The position numbers were made by a program, and so were the translations under genes. From contig JAFZRE010000004.1 of assembly GCA_017620015.1 (NCBI GenBank), positions 29,627 to 93,626 on the forward strand: 64,000 nt of DNA, in the 5' to 3' direction. Source of the stretch: Bacteroidales bacterium (GTDB taxonomy: Bacteria > Bacteroidota > Bacteroidia > Bacteroidales > ML635J-15). The notes under the pieces were generated by a model that did not search any database, was not told where the DNA came from, and saw only the letters and a list, made by a program, of their open reading frames with translations. Positions 40,604-52,700 of this stretch are shown piece after piece (position 1 is the stretch's first letter; each line of letters opens with the position of its first letter).

Positions 40604-42061
40604 ATGGAAGTATTAAGTAATCTTGAGCCGAAAAAAGTTTGGCAGTATTTCGAACAGATAACAAAAGTTCCGCGTCCTTCTAAAAAAGAGGAGAAAATGG
40701 TGGAATTCCTGATGAAGTTTGCAAAGGACAATAACCTTGAAGCACACCGTGACAAGGTTGGCAACGTAGTAATCCGTAAGCCTGCAACCAAGGGCATGGA
40801 AAACCGCAAGACAGTGGTTTTGCAATCGCACATGGATATGGTTTGCGAGAAGAACCGCGATGTAAAGATTGACTTCGACAACGAAGGCATCACTCCATAC
40901 ATCGACGGCGAATGGGTAAAGGCAAAAGGAACAACCCTGGGTGCCGACGACGGCATGGGCTGTGCAGCCGAAATGGCAATCCTTACCGACGACAGCGTTG
41001 AGCACGGACCAATAGAATGTTTGTTTACAATCGACGAGGAAACAGGTCTTACAGGTGCTTTTGCACTTGAAGCAGGATTTTTTGATGGCGAAATCCTTCT
41101 CAACCTTGATTCAGAGGACGAAGGCGAAATGTTCATCGGCTGTGCCGGCGGTATTGACACTGTTGCCGACTTCTCATACAAGAAGGAAGCCGTTCCCGAG
41201 CATCATGTTGCATACAAGTTCATAATCAACGGACTTGCAGGTGGACATAGCGGCGATGAAATCAACAAAGGACTTGGCAACTCAAACAAAATAGCCAACC
41301 GTTTCCTTCAGAAAATCACAAGCAAGTATTTTGCTCGCCTTGCACATTTCGACGGAGGCAACAAGCGCAACGCCATTCCGCGTGAAGCAGAATTCATTTT
41401 CACCGTTAAGGCTGACTTTGCCGAGGATGTAAGAAAGGAATTTGCAAAATTCAAGGAAGACATCATTAAGGAAATAAAGATAACCGAGCCTAACATCAAC
41501 TTGGAACTTCACGAAGAGGCTATGCCTGCTTTCGTAATTGACGAGGAAACGCAGCGCAATCTTGTGATGGCAGTTTCGGCGTGTCCTCACGGAGTACACG
41601 CATGGAGCCCAGCAATTAAGGGTTTGGTCGAAACATCAACCAACCTTGCTTCGGTAAAGTTCTTCGACGACAAGATTCAGGTTACGACCAGCCAGCGTAG
41701 TTCGCTCGAATCGGGCAAGGAAGACATCAACACTATGGTACGCAACGTGTTCCTGCTTGCAGGTGCAAAGGTTGAGTCGGGTGACGGATATCCTGGATGG
41801 GCACCTAATACCGATTCGGAAATCCTGAAGATTGTTGTTGCTTCGTACGAAAGGTTGTTCGGCAAGACTCCGGTTGTACGTGCAATCCACGCAGGACTTG
41901 AGTGCGGTCTCTTCCTCGAGAAGTACCCGAACCTTGATATGGTTTCGTTCGGTCCGACTTTGCGTGGTGTTCACTCGCCGGACGAGAAGGTCGAAATCAA
42001 GACCGTGGATATGTGGTACAGACATCTGCTTGATGTACTGAAGAACATTCCTGTAAAATAA
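40604..42061 (+). CDS. pepD: Aminoacyl-histidine (Xaa-His) dipeptidase, M20 family
   Basis: MEVLSNLEPKKVWQYFEQITKVPRPSKKEEKM.. is a typical PepD N-terminus. It also has ..LQSHMDMV.., ..GADDGMG.. and ..IDEETGLTGA... The 485-aa length is canonical. Confidence 0.9.
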   Translation: MEVLSNLEPKKVWQYFEQITKVPRPSKKEEKMVEFLMKFAKDNNLEAHRDKVGNVVIRKPATKGMENRKTVVLQSHMDMVCEKNRDVKIDFDNEGITPYIDGEWVKAKGTTLGADDGMGCAAEMAILTDDSVEHGPIECLFTIDEETGLTGAFALEAGFFDGEILLNLDSEDEGEMFIGCAGGIDTVADFSYKKEAVPEHHVAYKFIINGLAGGHSGDEINKGLGNSNKIANRFLQKITSKYFARLAHFDGGNKRNAIPREAEFIFTVKADFAEDVRKEFAKFKEDIIKEIKITEPNINLELHEEAMPAFVIDEETQRNLVMAVSACPHGVHAWSPAIKGLVETSTNLASVKFFDDKIQVTTSQRSSLESGKEDINTMVRNVFLLAGAKVESGDGYPGWAPNTDSEILKIVVASYERLFGKTPVVRAIHAGLECGLFLEKYPNLDMVSFGPTLRGVHSPDEKVEIKTVDMWYRHLLDVLKNIPVK

Positions 42062-42081
42062 CATAACTAAGAGGAATCCAA

Positions 42082-42117
42082 AAACGAATGCACCAGTTAC
42101 GATGCATTCGTTTTTTT
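42082..42117 (+). terminator. Rho-independent terminator after pepD
   Basis: AAACGAATGCA pairs with TGCATTCGTTT, followed by a T-run to 42117. Confidence 0.8.
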
Positions 42118-42162
42118 GTATGGTTACAAATAGTTACCACCGTGGTATCGCATAGTTTCTCT

Positions 42163-43266
42163 TTAAAACAATTCAATCCCGCTTTTCTGAACTTCATCCC
42201 GAATGAACCCAAGAATTTCACTGGCTTGCTTTCTGTTAAGACCAACATTTACGGCAAGGTCGATTAAATCATTGTCGGTTGGTTCTGTGCGGTCGTTGAA
42301 TGTGGTAGTGTGGTAGCCGTTGAAACCTTCGCTCGGCAGTATGTCGTAGGCAGGGGCAAAGTGCCAGTCGCCGTCCCTATAAATAAATGCAAAGTTCTTC
42401 GCGTGGTCGTCCTTGTTGCCTATCAGATAGTTGAAAACCATAAGACGATAAATTTTCCACATTTCGTTTATGCTGTGCGTTAGCATTTTGCAAGCTTGAA
42501 ATATGTGCAGGTAATCTATGCTTGGGCTTCGGTAGTCGGCACATACCAGACCTGCCATGCTTACGACGTGGAGTTTGCAAGAATTTGTCCTATCAAATCT
42601 TTTAGTACCAAAGTATTTGCCTTCGAACAACTTTGTATCGGGCATTTCGATTCCACATTTGCAGGCTAGTTGCGAACATTCGTATTCCAATTTTCCAATG
42701 TCGTGCCTATCGTATTTTGCAGGGAACTTGACAAGCCATTCGCCATCGTCATCCTTTACAAAAATTTTCGGTCTTGCTCCGCCAGGAGAACCGCCACGAG
42801 CATAAAGAGAATCAATGTCGTTGCCGCCATAATCTTCAGTCGAAAGAATCTGCTCTATTTCGGTTGAAATTACCGAAAAATCCGCTTTGGTTTCATCTAG
42901 CATTTCGCTTTTGTCGGGGACAAACTCAAGTGCGCCACGTCCGTTTGATCCGACAAGCGATAGTCTGTCGAGCAATGTCAGCGAATTTGGATTTATATTT
43001 CGTTTGCGCAGGTATCTGTCAAGGAGCAAAAACCCCCAACCATCTGGAAGACAATCATCGAAAACACCGAATCCACCGTCGAAAGGACTTTTGCGGGCAA
43101 TGAAAGTTCCTGTTTTCAACGGCAATTCAAAAGGAGAAATAGAAATGCCTTCTACCAAAAATCGCGTGTCGTACTCGAATGCGCAAAGTCCGCTTGGTTC
43201 AAGAGCAATACGTCCAACGAGGCGCTTGCCCCACCAAACCTCAACAACTTTTACCATACTACTCAT
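42163..43266 (-). CDS. hipA: HipA-family serine/threonine kinase toxin
   Basis: ..LPDGWGFLLLDR.., ..GGSPGGARPK.., ..RFDR.. and ..IGNKDDHAKNFAF.. are the HipA N-terminal and catalytic motifs. Confidence 0.85.
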   Translation of the reverse strand: MSSMVKVVEVWWGKRLVGRIALEPSGLCAFEYDTRFLVEGISISPFELPLKTGTFIARKSPFDGGFGVFDDCLPDGWGFLLLDRYLRKRNINPNSLTLLDRLSLVGSNGRGALEFVPDKSEMLDETKADFSVISTEIEQILSTEDYGGNDIDSLYARGGSPGGARPKIFVKDDDGEWLVKFPAKYDRHDIGKLEYECSQLACKCGIEMPDTKLFEGKYFGTKRFDRTNSCKLHVVSMAGLVCADYRSPSIDYLHIFQACKMLTHSINEMWKIYRLMVFNYLIGNKDDHAKNFAFIYRDGDWHFAPAYDILPSEGFNGYHTTTFNDRTEPTDNDLIDLAVNVGLNRKQASEILGFIRDEVQKSGIELF

Positions 43267-43585
43267 TTTTCTTTCCTCTCTTTCTTTTTGTTTTTGAACC
43301 GTTTAGGATTTCGTCTATGGTTTCGTATTTGCGCTGTGCAAAAAGTTCGTTGAAATCGCTAAGAGCGTCCAATGCCTCTGCAATGCGTAGCAATGCCGAC
43401 AAGGAAATTTCACCAGTCTGCTCAAAATGCCTGTATGTTGGCAACTTTATATCTGCCCGCAATGCCAATCCGCTCTGTGTGAGATTCAATTCAAGCCTGC
43501 GTTGCCTTACACGTGTGGCAATATCTTTTGCAACTTCGTGCGGATTCAAGCAATTAGGTAATATTATATTATTATTTAATGGCAT
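43259..43585 (-). CDS. hipB: HipB-like XRE-family HTH antitoxin
   Basis: ..VRQRRLELNLTQSGLALRADIKLPTYRHFEQTG.. is the HTH. It overlaps the hipA start by 8 nt. Confidence 0.75.
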   Translation of the reverse strand: MPLNNNIILPNCLNPHEVAKDIATRVRQRRLELNLTQSGLALRADIKLPTYRHFEQTGEISLSALLRIAEALDALSDFNELFAQRKYETIDEILNGSKTKRKRGKKNE

Positions 43586-43596
43586 AAAATCATATT

Positions 43597-43627
43597 TACT
43601 AATAATATTTTAGTATTTGCAAAAGTA
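43597..43627 (-). promoter_or_regulatory. Candidate hipBA promoter/operator: -7 box plus palindrome
   Basis: The minus-strand TACTTTTG (plus strand CAAAAGTA, 43620-43627) lies 34 nt upstream of the ATG. The palindrome TACTAA-N7-TTAGTA (43597-43615) sits between the box and the start codon. Confidence 0.4.
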
Positions 43628-43746
43628 ATGTTTTTTTCGTTTATAGCAAAACTTACACAATTGTTTTTCGCTTACGGCACAAACAACAGCGGTTATATTA
43701 ACGGCTGCTGCATTCCAATCCCACTCTTTTGCAACTTTCTAATTCA

Positions 43747-43777
43747 ACAAAAAAAGGCGGACCGAAATCCGCCTTTT
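43747..43777 (-). terminator. Rho-independent terminator after giant gene 2
   Basis: AAAGGCGGA (43753-43761) pairs with TCCGCCTTT (43768-43776). On the minus strand it is followed by T7. Confidence 0.8.
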
Positions 43778-43796
43778 CTATTTAATCCAAACTGGA

Positions 43797-46700
43797 TTAT
43801 TCCTTTGTAAATTTGATGTTGTGAACTTCGCTGTCGGTTGTAATCCTAAGGATATACACGCCAGATACAAGGTTGCTTACATCAACTGTGTGAACCGACT
43901 CGCCTGCTACGGCAACAGTCTCAAAGGTCATTTCCCTACCGCTCAGGTCAACAACCGTGTAAGAGATTGCGCCTTCGTAGCCTGTTACGGTGAATGTTGC
44001 CATGTCGCGTACTGGGTTCGGGTAGAGTTGAATTTCCATTGCTGCCATTTCGTCAACAGAAGTGCAAGTTCCAACCGTTACCGTTATTGTGTCGGTGGTT
44101 TCACATTCGCCGTTGCTAACCGTTACCCAAACAAGATATTCGCCTGCGTACGGATAAGTCTGAGCATAAGTGTTGCCTTCTGTTTCGCCGAACCACAATA
44201 CTTCGTCTTCAGTTTCAACGCTCAAAACGATTTCTTCGTTTACACAAACAGAAGTATCGCTGATAGCAAATGTAGGAGCAGCCAATATTGATACGGCAAT
44301 AGTGTCGGATGCTGCACAGCCATATTCGTTGAATACTGTTACCGAATATTCACCTGCTGCAGAAACCATTATCGACTGAGTCATTTCGCCAGTACTCCAG
44401 TTATACCAGTTATAACCTTCACCAGCATTTATTTCTGCTTCCGAATTTTCGCAGACATCAATGTCGGCACCAAGTGAAATTTCAGGAACTGGAGCCATTG
44501 TCATTTCAAAAGCAGCAGTTGCCGAACATCCGTGCTCGTCGGTTATGGTAAGAGTATATACACCTGCTTCAGTAACTACTGTAGTGCTTTCTGTAGAACC
44601 ATTGCTCCATTCGTATGAAATATTAGCATCATTCCATACTGTTATTTCGCTTGATGAACCTTCGCAGATTATCGATTGTTGTTGTTCTGGTACAATTACA
44701 GTCGGGGTAGCATAAACGCGTATTACAGCAGTTTCAACATCGGTTCCATCCAAGTTCGAAACAATAAGTGTTACGGTGTAGGTACCCGGTTCGTTGAAGG
44801 TATATACAGGGTTCTGCTCCGATGAAGTAGCTTCGCCGAAGTACCAAGTCCAAGTCTGCGGGAAGTTGGTGCTGTTGTCGGTGAAGTTGACAGTAAGAGG
44901 TGCGCAGCCAGATTCTACATCTGGAGTAAATGCTGCAATAGGAGGAGTATTCAGCGAGTTGACATCAACAGCGCCATTTACTGCACATCCGTGGCCATCG
45001 GTTACCACTACTGTATAGTGACCGTTGGTAAGACCAGTAATCTGTGCTGTGGTTTCGTTGTTGTTCCAGAGGATTGCGTAAGGTGAAGTACCGCCAGATA
45101 TTTCAACCGATGCAGTACCATCAGCAACACCGTGACCTGATTCTGGAGTTGACGACATTGCAAGTACTGGCAGTTCGTAATGGTTAACCGTTACGACATC
45201 GCTTGCAGTACATCCGTTGTTGTCGGCTACGACTACGGTATAGTCGCCAGCTTCAGTTGCGGCGAACGACTGCGAACCAGCCTCGCCGTTCCATGTGTAG
45301 GATACAAAACCTGCTGTTGCATTGAGTGTTGCCTCAACATTTGCACAAACCGTAACATCGTCGCCAAGGCTTACTGTAGGAGCAGCATTGACCACAAGTT
45401 CAGTGTGGAAGGTATTTCCACAGCCAGTAGCGACATTTTCTACTGCGAGGGTATATGTACCAGCATTAGCCATGATTGCACCAGAAATCACAGGAGAAGC
45501 CTCAGTAGAAGCAAATCCGTTAGGACCGCTCCACGAATAACTCAATGTTTCGGTACTTGAAACTGTGAATGTTACATCGCCACCTTCGCAAACTGGACTG
45601 TTGCTTGAAATTTCAACTGTTGGATTAGCATTTACAACTACTGTAATTGTGCTGCTTGCTTCACATCCGTTTGCTGCAACTACCGATGCCGAGTATATAC
45701 CGGCATTGTCTGCTGTTGCATTCGGAATATTAATTGTTGCTGTTGAAGCGGTGTATCCGTTAGGACCAGCCCATGTGTAGGTTACTGGAACATTCGAACT
45801 AGCAGATAGTGAAATTGATGCGCCTTCGCAGTATGTTGTATTTCCATCGATAGAAACTGTTGGAACATCACCGTCGGCTGTTATTGTTACTGATGCTTCT
45901 GCAGTACAGTTGTTTTCATTTGTAACAACTACTGTGTAGTCACCAGCAGCTGATGCGATGAATTCTGCTGTATTAGCAACGCCGTTATTCCACGAATATG
46001 AAGTTCCGCCGTTTGCAACAAGTTCTATTGAAGTCATTGAACATGTCAATGTTGTTGTTCCGCTGTTGTTTGTAATAGTAGCAACAGGATTTGCACCAAC
46101 TGTAACATTTGTGCTTGCCTCAACCGAGCAGCCTTCTGCACTTGTTGCAACTACTGTATATGTACCGCTATTTGCTGGGGTTGCGTTAGCGATTGTCGGG
46201 TTCTGCATTGCTGAAATATATCCGTTAGGACCATTCCATACAAATGAAGTTACACCCGAATTTGCTGTCAGCGAAACGGTCTCGCCTGCACAATATGTAG
46301 CAGCTTCCGAAACTGTTAATGTCGGATTTGCATTTACTACTACTGTTGTGGGTGCCTGTGCCGAACATTCGCTTTCGTTAGAAACTATAAGCGTGTATTC
46401 GCCAGCATTTGCAAGAGTTGCATTTTCAATTGTCGGGTTCTGCAAGGTTGATGTAAATCCGTTAGGACCGCTCCAAGCGTAGGTGCCAGTTGCGGTTGTC
46501 TGCAATGTTATTGTTGCGCCTTCGCAGTAAGCACCGGTGTTCGATGCATTGGCTATAGGATTAGCATTAACAACTACATCGGTTGATGCAACTGCCGAAC
46601 AACCATTTGCACTAGTTACGACAACCGAATAAGTTCCAGCATAGTTGGTTGTTGCATTTGGACGAGTAGCATTCTGCATTGCGCTGCTGAAGCCCATAGG

Positions 46701-49700
46701 ACCTGTCCACTGGTATTCGGTTGCAATGTCGCTCGAAACAGAAAGTTCTATTGTTTCGCCACCGCAATATGCACCAGAGTTCGATGCTGTTGCTGTCGGA
46801 ACAGCGTTTACAACTACGCAGTTTGTAATCTGCTTGCTGTCTGTTCCGTCCTGATTTGCAACTGTGAGCGAAACATTGTAGCTTCCAGCTTCTGCGTAAG
46901 TGTGGGTTGGGTTCTGTACATTGGATGTCTGACCATCACCGAAGTTCCAAGTCCACTGTGTAGGAGTATTTGTCGAAAGGTCAGCAAATACGACTTCTGC
47001 ACCAAGGCATATCGTTACATTTTCGGCATTGTTGACCGAGAAATCAGCAACAGGAGGAGTATTCATAGTTGCAACATTTACGATTGCTGTAGAAACACAT
47101 CCATTGCCATCTGTTACGGTAACGCTGTAGTTGCCACCTGCAAGTCCGCTGATTGTTGCGGTATTGCCATTGTTCGACCAGTTGTACTGGAATGGAGAAG
47201 CACCAGTAGGCGTTACAGTAGCTGTACCATCGTGAGAATTACTATGTGTTTCTGCTGTAGATGTTGTTACAAGTGTTGTCTGCGGATAGTTTGCAACCGA
47301 AATATTATCGGTAGCAGAACATTCGTTTGCATTGTAAACTGTTACATAGTAGTCGCCTGCTGCTACGGAAATAGTCTGGGTTGTTGCATTGGTTGACCAA
47401 TGATATGTAAGTCCTGCGCCAGCATCAAGAGTTGCGTTTTCGCCTGAACATACTGTTACATTGTTACCAAGTTCAACTGTCGGATTAGCATTTACAACAA
47501 CTGTTGTTGTTGCATCTGCTGTACAATTGTTTGCATTTGTTACAACCAATGTGTAAGTACCTGCATCAGCAAGAGTTGCATTAGCGATTGTCGGGTTCTG
47601 CATGGTTGATGTGAATCCGTTAGGACCTCTCCATGCGTATGCGCCTGTTGCGGTTGTCTGCAAGGTTATTGTTGCGCCTTCGCAGTATGCACCAGTGTTC
47701 GATGCATCAACCAGAGGGTTAGCATTTACTATGACAACAGTGCTTGCATTTGCCGTACAACCAGCTGCGCTTGTTGCAACAACTGTGTACGAAGCACCAT
47801 TTGTAGCAACTGCATTTTCAATTGTTGGGTTCTGCAATGCTGATGTGAATCCGTTAGGACCGTTCCATGCGAATGAGGTAGCATCAGAAATTGCATTCAA
47901 CGAGATTGTCTCGCCTGCGCAATATGCGCCAGTGTTCGATGCGGTTACAGTAGGTGTTGTATTTACTACTACTGTTGTTGTTGCCTGTGCTGTACAATTG
48001 TTTGCATTTGTAGCAACTACAGTGTATGTACCTTCATTCGATACTGTTGAATTTGCAATTGTCGGGTTCTGCAAGGTTGATGAGAATCCGTTAGGACCGC
48101 TCCATGCAAATGATGTTGCATTGGATGTTGCCGACAACGAAATTGTCTGACCTTCGCAGTATGCACCGGTATTTGATGCGGTGATTGTAGGAACAGCATT
48201 TACAACAACATTTGTACTTGCCTCGGCTGTACAATTGTTTGCATTTGTTACAACCACTGTGTAAGCACCGCCGTTTGTGGTGGCAGCATTTGCTATTGTC
48301 GGGTTCTGTGTTGTGGATGTGAATCCGTTAGGACCGTTCCATGCGAATGAGGTTGCATCGGATGTTGCTGACAAGGAGATTGTCTCGCCTGCACAATATG
48401 CACCAGTGTTGGATGCAGTTACTGTCGGAGTTGCATTTACTACAACTGTTGTTGTTGCATTAGCTGTACAGTTGTTTGCATTTGTTACAACCAATGTGTA
48501 AGTACCAGCATTAACTGTTGTTGCATTAGCAACTGTCGGATTCTGTGTTGTTGATGAGAATCCGTTAGGACCGCTCCAAGCATAAGTTCCAGTTGCGGTT
48601 GTCTGCAAGGTAATTGTCTGTCCTTCGCAATAAGCACCAGTGTTGGAAGCATTTGCTGTAGGATTTGCATTTACGGTTACAACAGTGCTAGCCTGTGCTG
48701 TACAATTGTTTGCATTTGTTGCAACTACGGTGTAGGAACCGCCGTTATTTGTTGCTGCATTTGCAATAGTCGGGTTCTGCTGAGCCGAAGAGTATCCGTT
48801 AGGACCGCTCCAAGCAAACGAGGTTGCATCAGCCGAAACAGCCGACAATGCTATTGTCTGTCCAGCGCAATATGCACCAGTGTTCGATGCGGTTACTGTA
48901 GGATTTGCATTTACTTCGACGATAGTGCTTGCTTCAACCGAGCAACCTGTTGTCGGGTTGGTAAGCCTTACAGTATAGGTACCTGCATTTGTCGTGGTCG
49001 AGTTCGCAATAGTCGGGTTAGCAACATTTGCAGTATATCCGTTAGGACCTGACCAAGCGTAAACTGTTCCGCCTGTACCATTTGCTGAGAGTGTGATTGT
49101 TGTGCCCTCGCAATACGGACCGTTGTTGGATGCATTTAGCGTTGGAAGTGCATTTACTGCTACAACCGTACTAGCCGAAACCGAACAACCTGTTGTAGTG
49201 TTAGTAAGTGTAGCGGTGTAAGTACCTGCATTGTCGCCATCGGCATTTGCGATGGTCGGGTTCTGGATGTTGGAAGTGAATCCATCAGGACCGCTCCACG
49301 AATAAGCAGTACCGCCGTTGCCATTTGCATTAAGTGCTATTGTTGCACCTTCGCAGTAAGGACCGCCATTCGAGACATTCAATGTAGGATTAGCGTTTAC
49401 GGTTAAGCTTGTCGAAGCGGTTGCCATACACGATGCTACGTTTTCAACTGTGATTGTGTAAGTACCAGAATTGCTTGCAGTAGCATTTGCTATCGAAACA
49501 TTCTGTGTTGATGCTGTATAGCTGTTAGGACCGCTCCATGCATAAGTTGTTGCACCCGAAACTGTAGCATTGATTTGTGCAGTTTCGCCAGCGCAGTAGG
49601 TTTCGGGAGTTGCAATCGAAACGGTCGGATTAGCATTTACAGTAATGTAATTGGTCTTGGTTTCGGTATCATTGCCAGAATTATTTGTAGCAACCAATGT

Positions 49701-52700
49701 TACAGTGTATGTACCAGCTGTTGCGTAAGTGTGAGTCGGGTTCTGCTCGGTTGAAGTATTACCATCGCCAAAGTTCCAAGCCCAAGATGTAGGAGTATTT
49801 GTACTCTGATCGGTGAAAGTTACCGTTGTACCAGCACAAACGCTAGTAGTATTTGCTGTAAATTCTGCAACTGGAGCAGCCGCTATTTGAATACCCTTCA
49901 CAACAATGTCATCAATGTAAGAATAAGAAGTTCTTCCAACTGTTCCACTAATTGCATTATTCGAAGTCATTATCCATCTCAGATATACATTAGCTTGATT
50001 GTTACAAGCATCCGGCAGTGAAATTTCATCAAGAACTCCAGAAGTCCAGTTTGCAGCACAAGTTACAGTAGCACCTGTAACATCCGTCCACGTAGAATTA
50101 TTTAGACTATACTGAACCTTGAAGTTCTTTGGAGAGTAGTTATTCGTTGAAACACCACTCTGTTTTGACCATAACTTTATGCTTTCGTAACCTGTGGTAG
50201 TAAAGTTTACCTTCCAGTATTTAGCATTATTTCCATTCCTCCAACCAGAAGCATTTGCACACAATGTTGAAGCGCCATCAGTAGTATATGTTATTGTTCC
50301 TACACCACCGCCGACAGATATTGTCTTAGTGAGGTTAGCAGAGATACCACCATCGGCAGTTGCATCGGCACTGTCTTCGGGGAAGTTCCATTCAACTAAC
50401 ACCTCAGACTGTGGAGTTACAGTAATGTAACCAGTCTTGGTTTCAGTGTCAGTTCCTTGAGCATTTGTAACGGTAAGGCTTACCGAGTATGTACCAGGAG
50501 CATTGTAAACTACTCTTGGATTCTGTACGGTGCTTGTAGCAGGAGTTCCGCCATTGAAAGTCCACGACCACGATGTTGGCATATTGGTTGAAAGATCGGT
50601 AAAGCTAACAGTAGAACCAACTTCAGCAGTAGTATTATCAGCCATAAAGTCGGCAGTTGGTGCCGAATTACAATCACCTGTTATTTCAATATCATCAATC
50701 ATGAACGCATAAGCATCATTCGAAACGCACTGTATTGCCACGTATACGGTCCGACCTGCGTATGCCGACAAACTATAGGTATATTGCGTCCAAGTAGTAG
50801 GTGCTTGAATGTATGTATTTCCACTAAGCTTTACGGTAAAACTCGATATACTATTGTCGGTTGTAGAAAGCAATACATTGAATCTTTCAAGACCGTAATT
50901 ATCGGTAATAGATTTTGCCCAGAACGAGATTGATGCATTTGAGCACAATGTAAGTGGTGCAGATATCAACCAGTCGTTATTAGGAGGCGTAGTGGATGCA
51001 AAGCATATACCGCAGCGATCGCCACCATGAGCATCCCAGCCCGTTGCTTCAGGACTTGTTGACGAAGAATTGAAAGCAATGAACGAACCTGTATAAGCCT
51101 CATTGAGAAAATCAAAACCTGAAGACTCGTATGTCGCTGCACCATCTCCATCGTAGGTAGTCCATGGATGGAAGTTATCGACCTGAAAATCTCCACAGGC
51201 CTCGAAATCGAGAGAGAAAGAACCACTGGATGCATTCGGATCAAAAACATTGATGTAAGCAGCTACTGTCCTAGTGTTACTTCCGTTAGCATTTGTAACG
51301 GTAAGAGAAACCTGATAACTACCAGGAGCAGAATATGTAACTACAGGATTTTCTTCCGTACTCGTTGATGGACTACCTCCTTCAAATGACCATGAGCGCG
51401 ATGTAACATTTCCTGCCGATATATCGTAGAAGTTTACACTTTCTCCTACATTTACCTGACGAGTATCTGAAGTAAAGTTTGCTGTTGGAGCAATAGAACC
51501 ATCATAGCATACAAATGGGAACATCGGATATTGCAAACCTGTTGAGCCTAACAAAGATGAATAGTCTGCCCATCCGCCATAGTTAACATACGCTGTACTA
51601 TATTCTCCATCCTCACTATTTGTATATGTTGCAAGCGTATCCCCTGAACTAGGATCACCAGGACGGTCGAATCCGACAGCAAAACCTTCGGCAGGAATAT
51701 CATATACTGCCCCAAAATCAATGTCTATATATCCGGTACTATTCATTGCCGAAATAACATTTGCCATAGTAATTGTCTTAGATGCAATTACCTCGCTTGG
51801 AGCATCATTAGCGACACTCCACAAATTGAATGTCACATCACAATTTGTACCGTTTGTTGCTACTACAGGGAAAAATCTGAATCCAGAAACTTTGTTATAA
51901 GGACTATAAGCCGTAAACTTTTCCGCCCATGATGTCATATCATAACCATTAGTACCAGAAAGGTAGCCGGCATAAGCATTATCAAGTGTTAATGAATATA
52001 CAGCAGGCTCTCCGCCAAACTGTGACACCGTATCGCAGAACGAACCTGTTGGCGAAATAACATTTATGTAGTCGCTCTTTGTCATTGAGTTTGTTCCGTT
52101 TGCGTTTGTTGATGAAAGAGTTACATCGTATGTGCCTGCAGTATTATAGGTAATTCCTGTAGGCTCGGTTGCTGTACTTGACGATGGCGTTCCACCCTCA
52201 AAAGTCCATGAATACGAAACAGGATTGTTTACGGTATAGTTGTAGAAGTCGATACTTCCACCTTCGAGAATAGTGGTTGTTGATGCACCGAAATTAACCT
52301 CAGGCGGCTGGTTTGCGAACGGGTCGTAACCGGGGCAATTTGTCACACCCGTATTTGTAGGGTCGAGCCACGGTTTCAACTGCTTGGCATTTGTATTGCC
52401 GTTAGACTGCCAGTGATACGAGATTTTTCCGTAGTAGTCCTGACCCGAAGTCATTGTACAATACGAAGAACCACCTGTAAGAGTACCAACGACAAAACCA
52501 TTGCTATCGAACAAAGGCGAACCAGATGAACCACCTTCGGTAACACCATATCCATTTGAATTACGAGTCCAAGTCAAACGCCAGTGAGCGCTACTTGCAG
52601 AACCTGTATAAGAACCTGTCGAAGCTGTTGAATAAGTAGAAATCTTCTTTATGTCGCCAGCAGGATGGTGAATACCAACGCCATTCGACGGAGCGGTAGT

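Noticed and set aside
40543-41181. N-terminal 213 codons of the 434-aa minus-strand ORF 39877..41181
   Set aside because: This part is Ser/Pro/Arg-rich and low in complexity (MYEKSATVSIPPAQPMNISPSSSESRLRR..) and runs antisense through the well-supported pepD gene. A proper lipoprotein start (MNGIKNIFF..GVGVSSC) exists at 40542, so only 39877..40542 is called.
45370-49645. Regular repeats of about 235 nt, considered as a possible CRISPR or non-coding array
   Set aside because: The repeats are contiguous with no unique spacers. They are far longer than CRISPR repeats and stay in one open reading frame encoding Ig-like domains.
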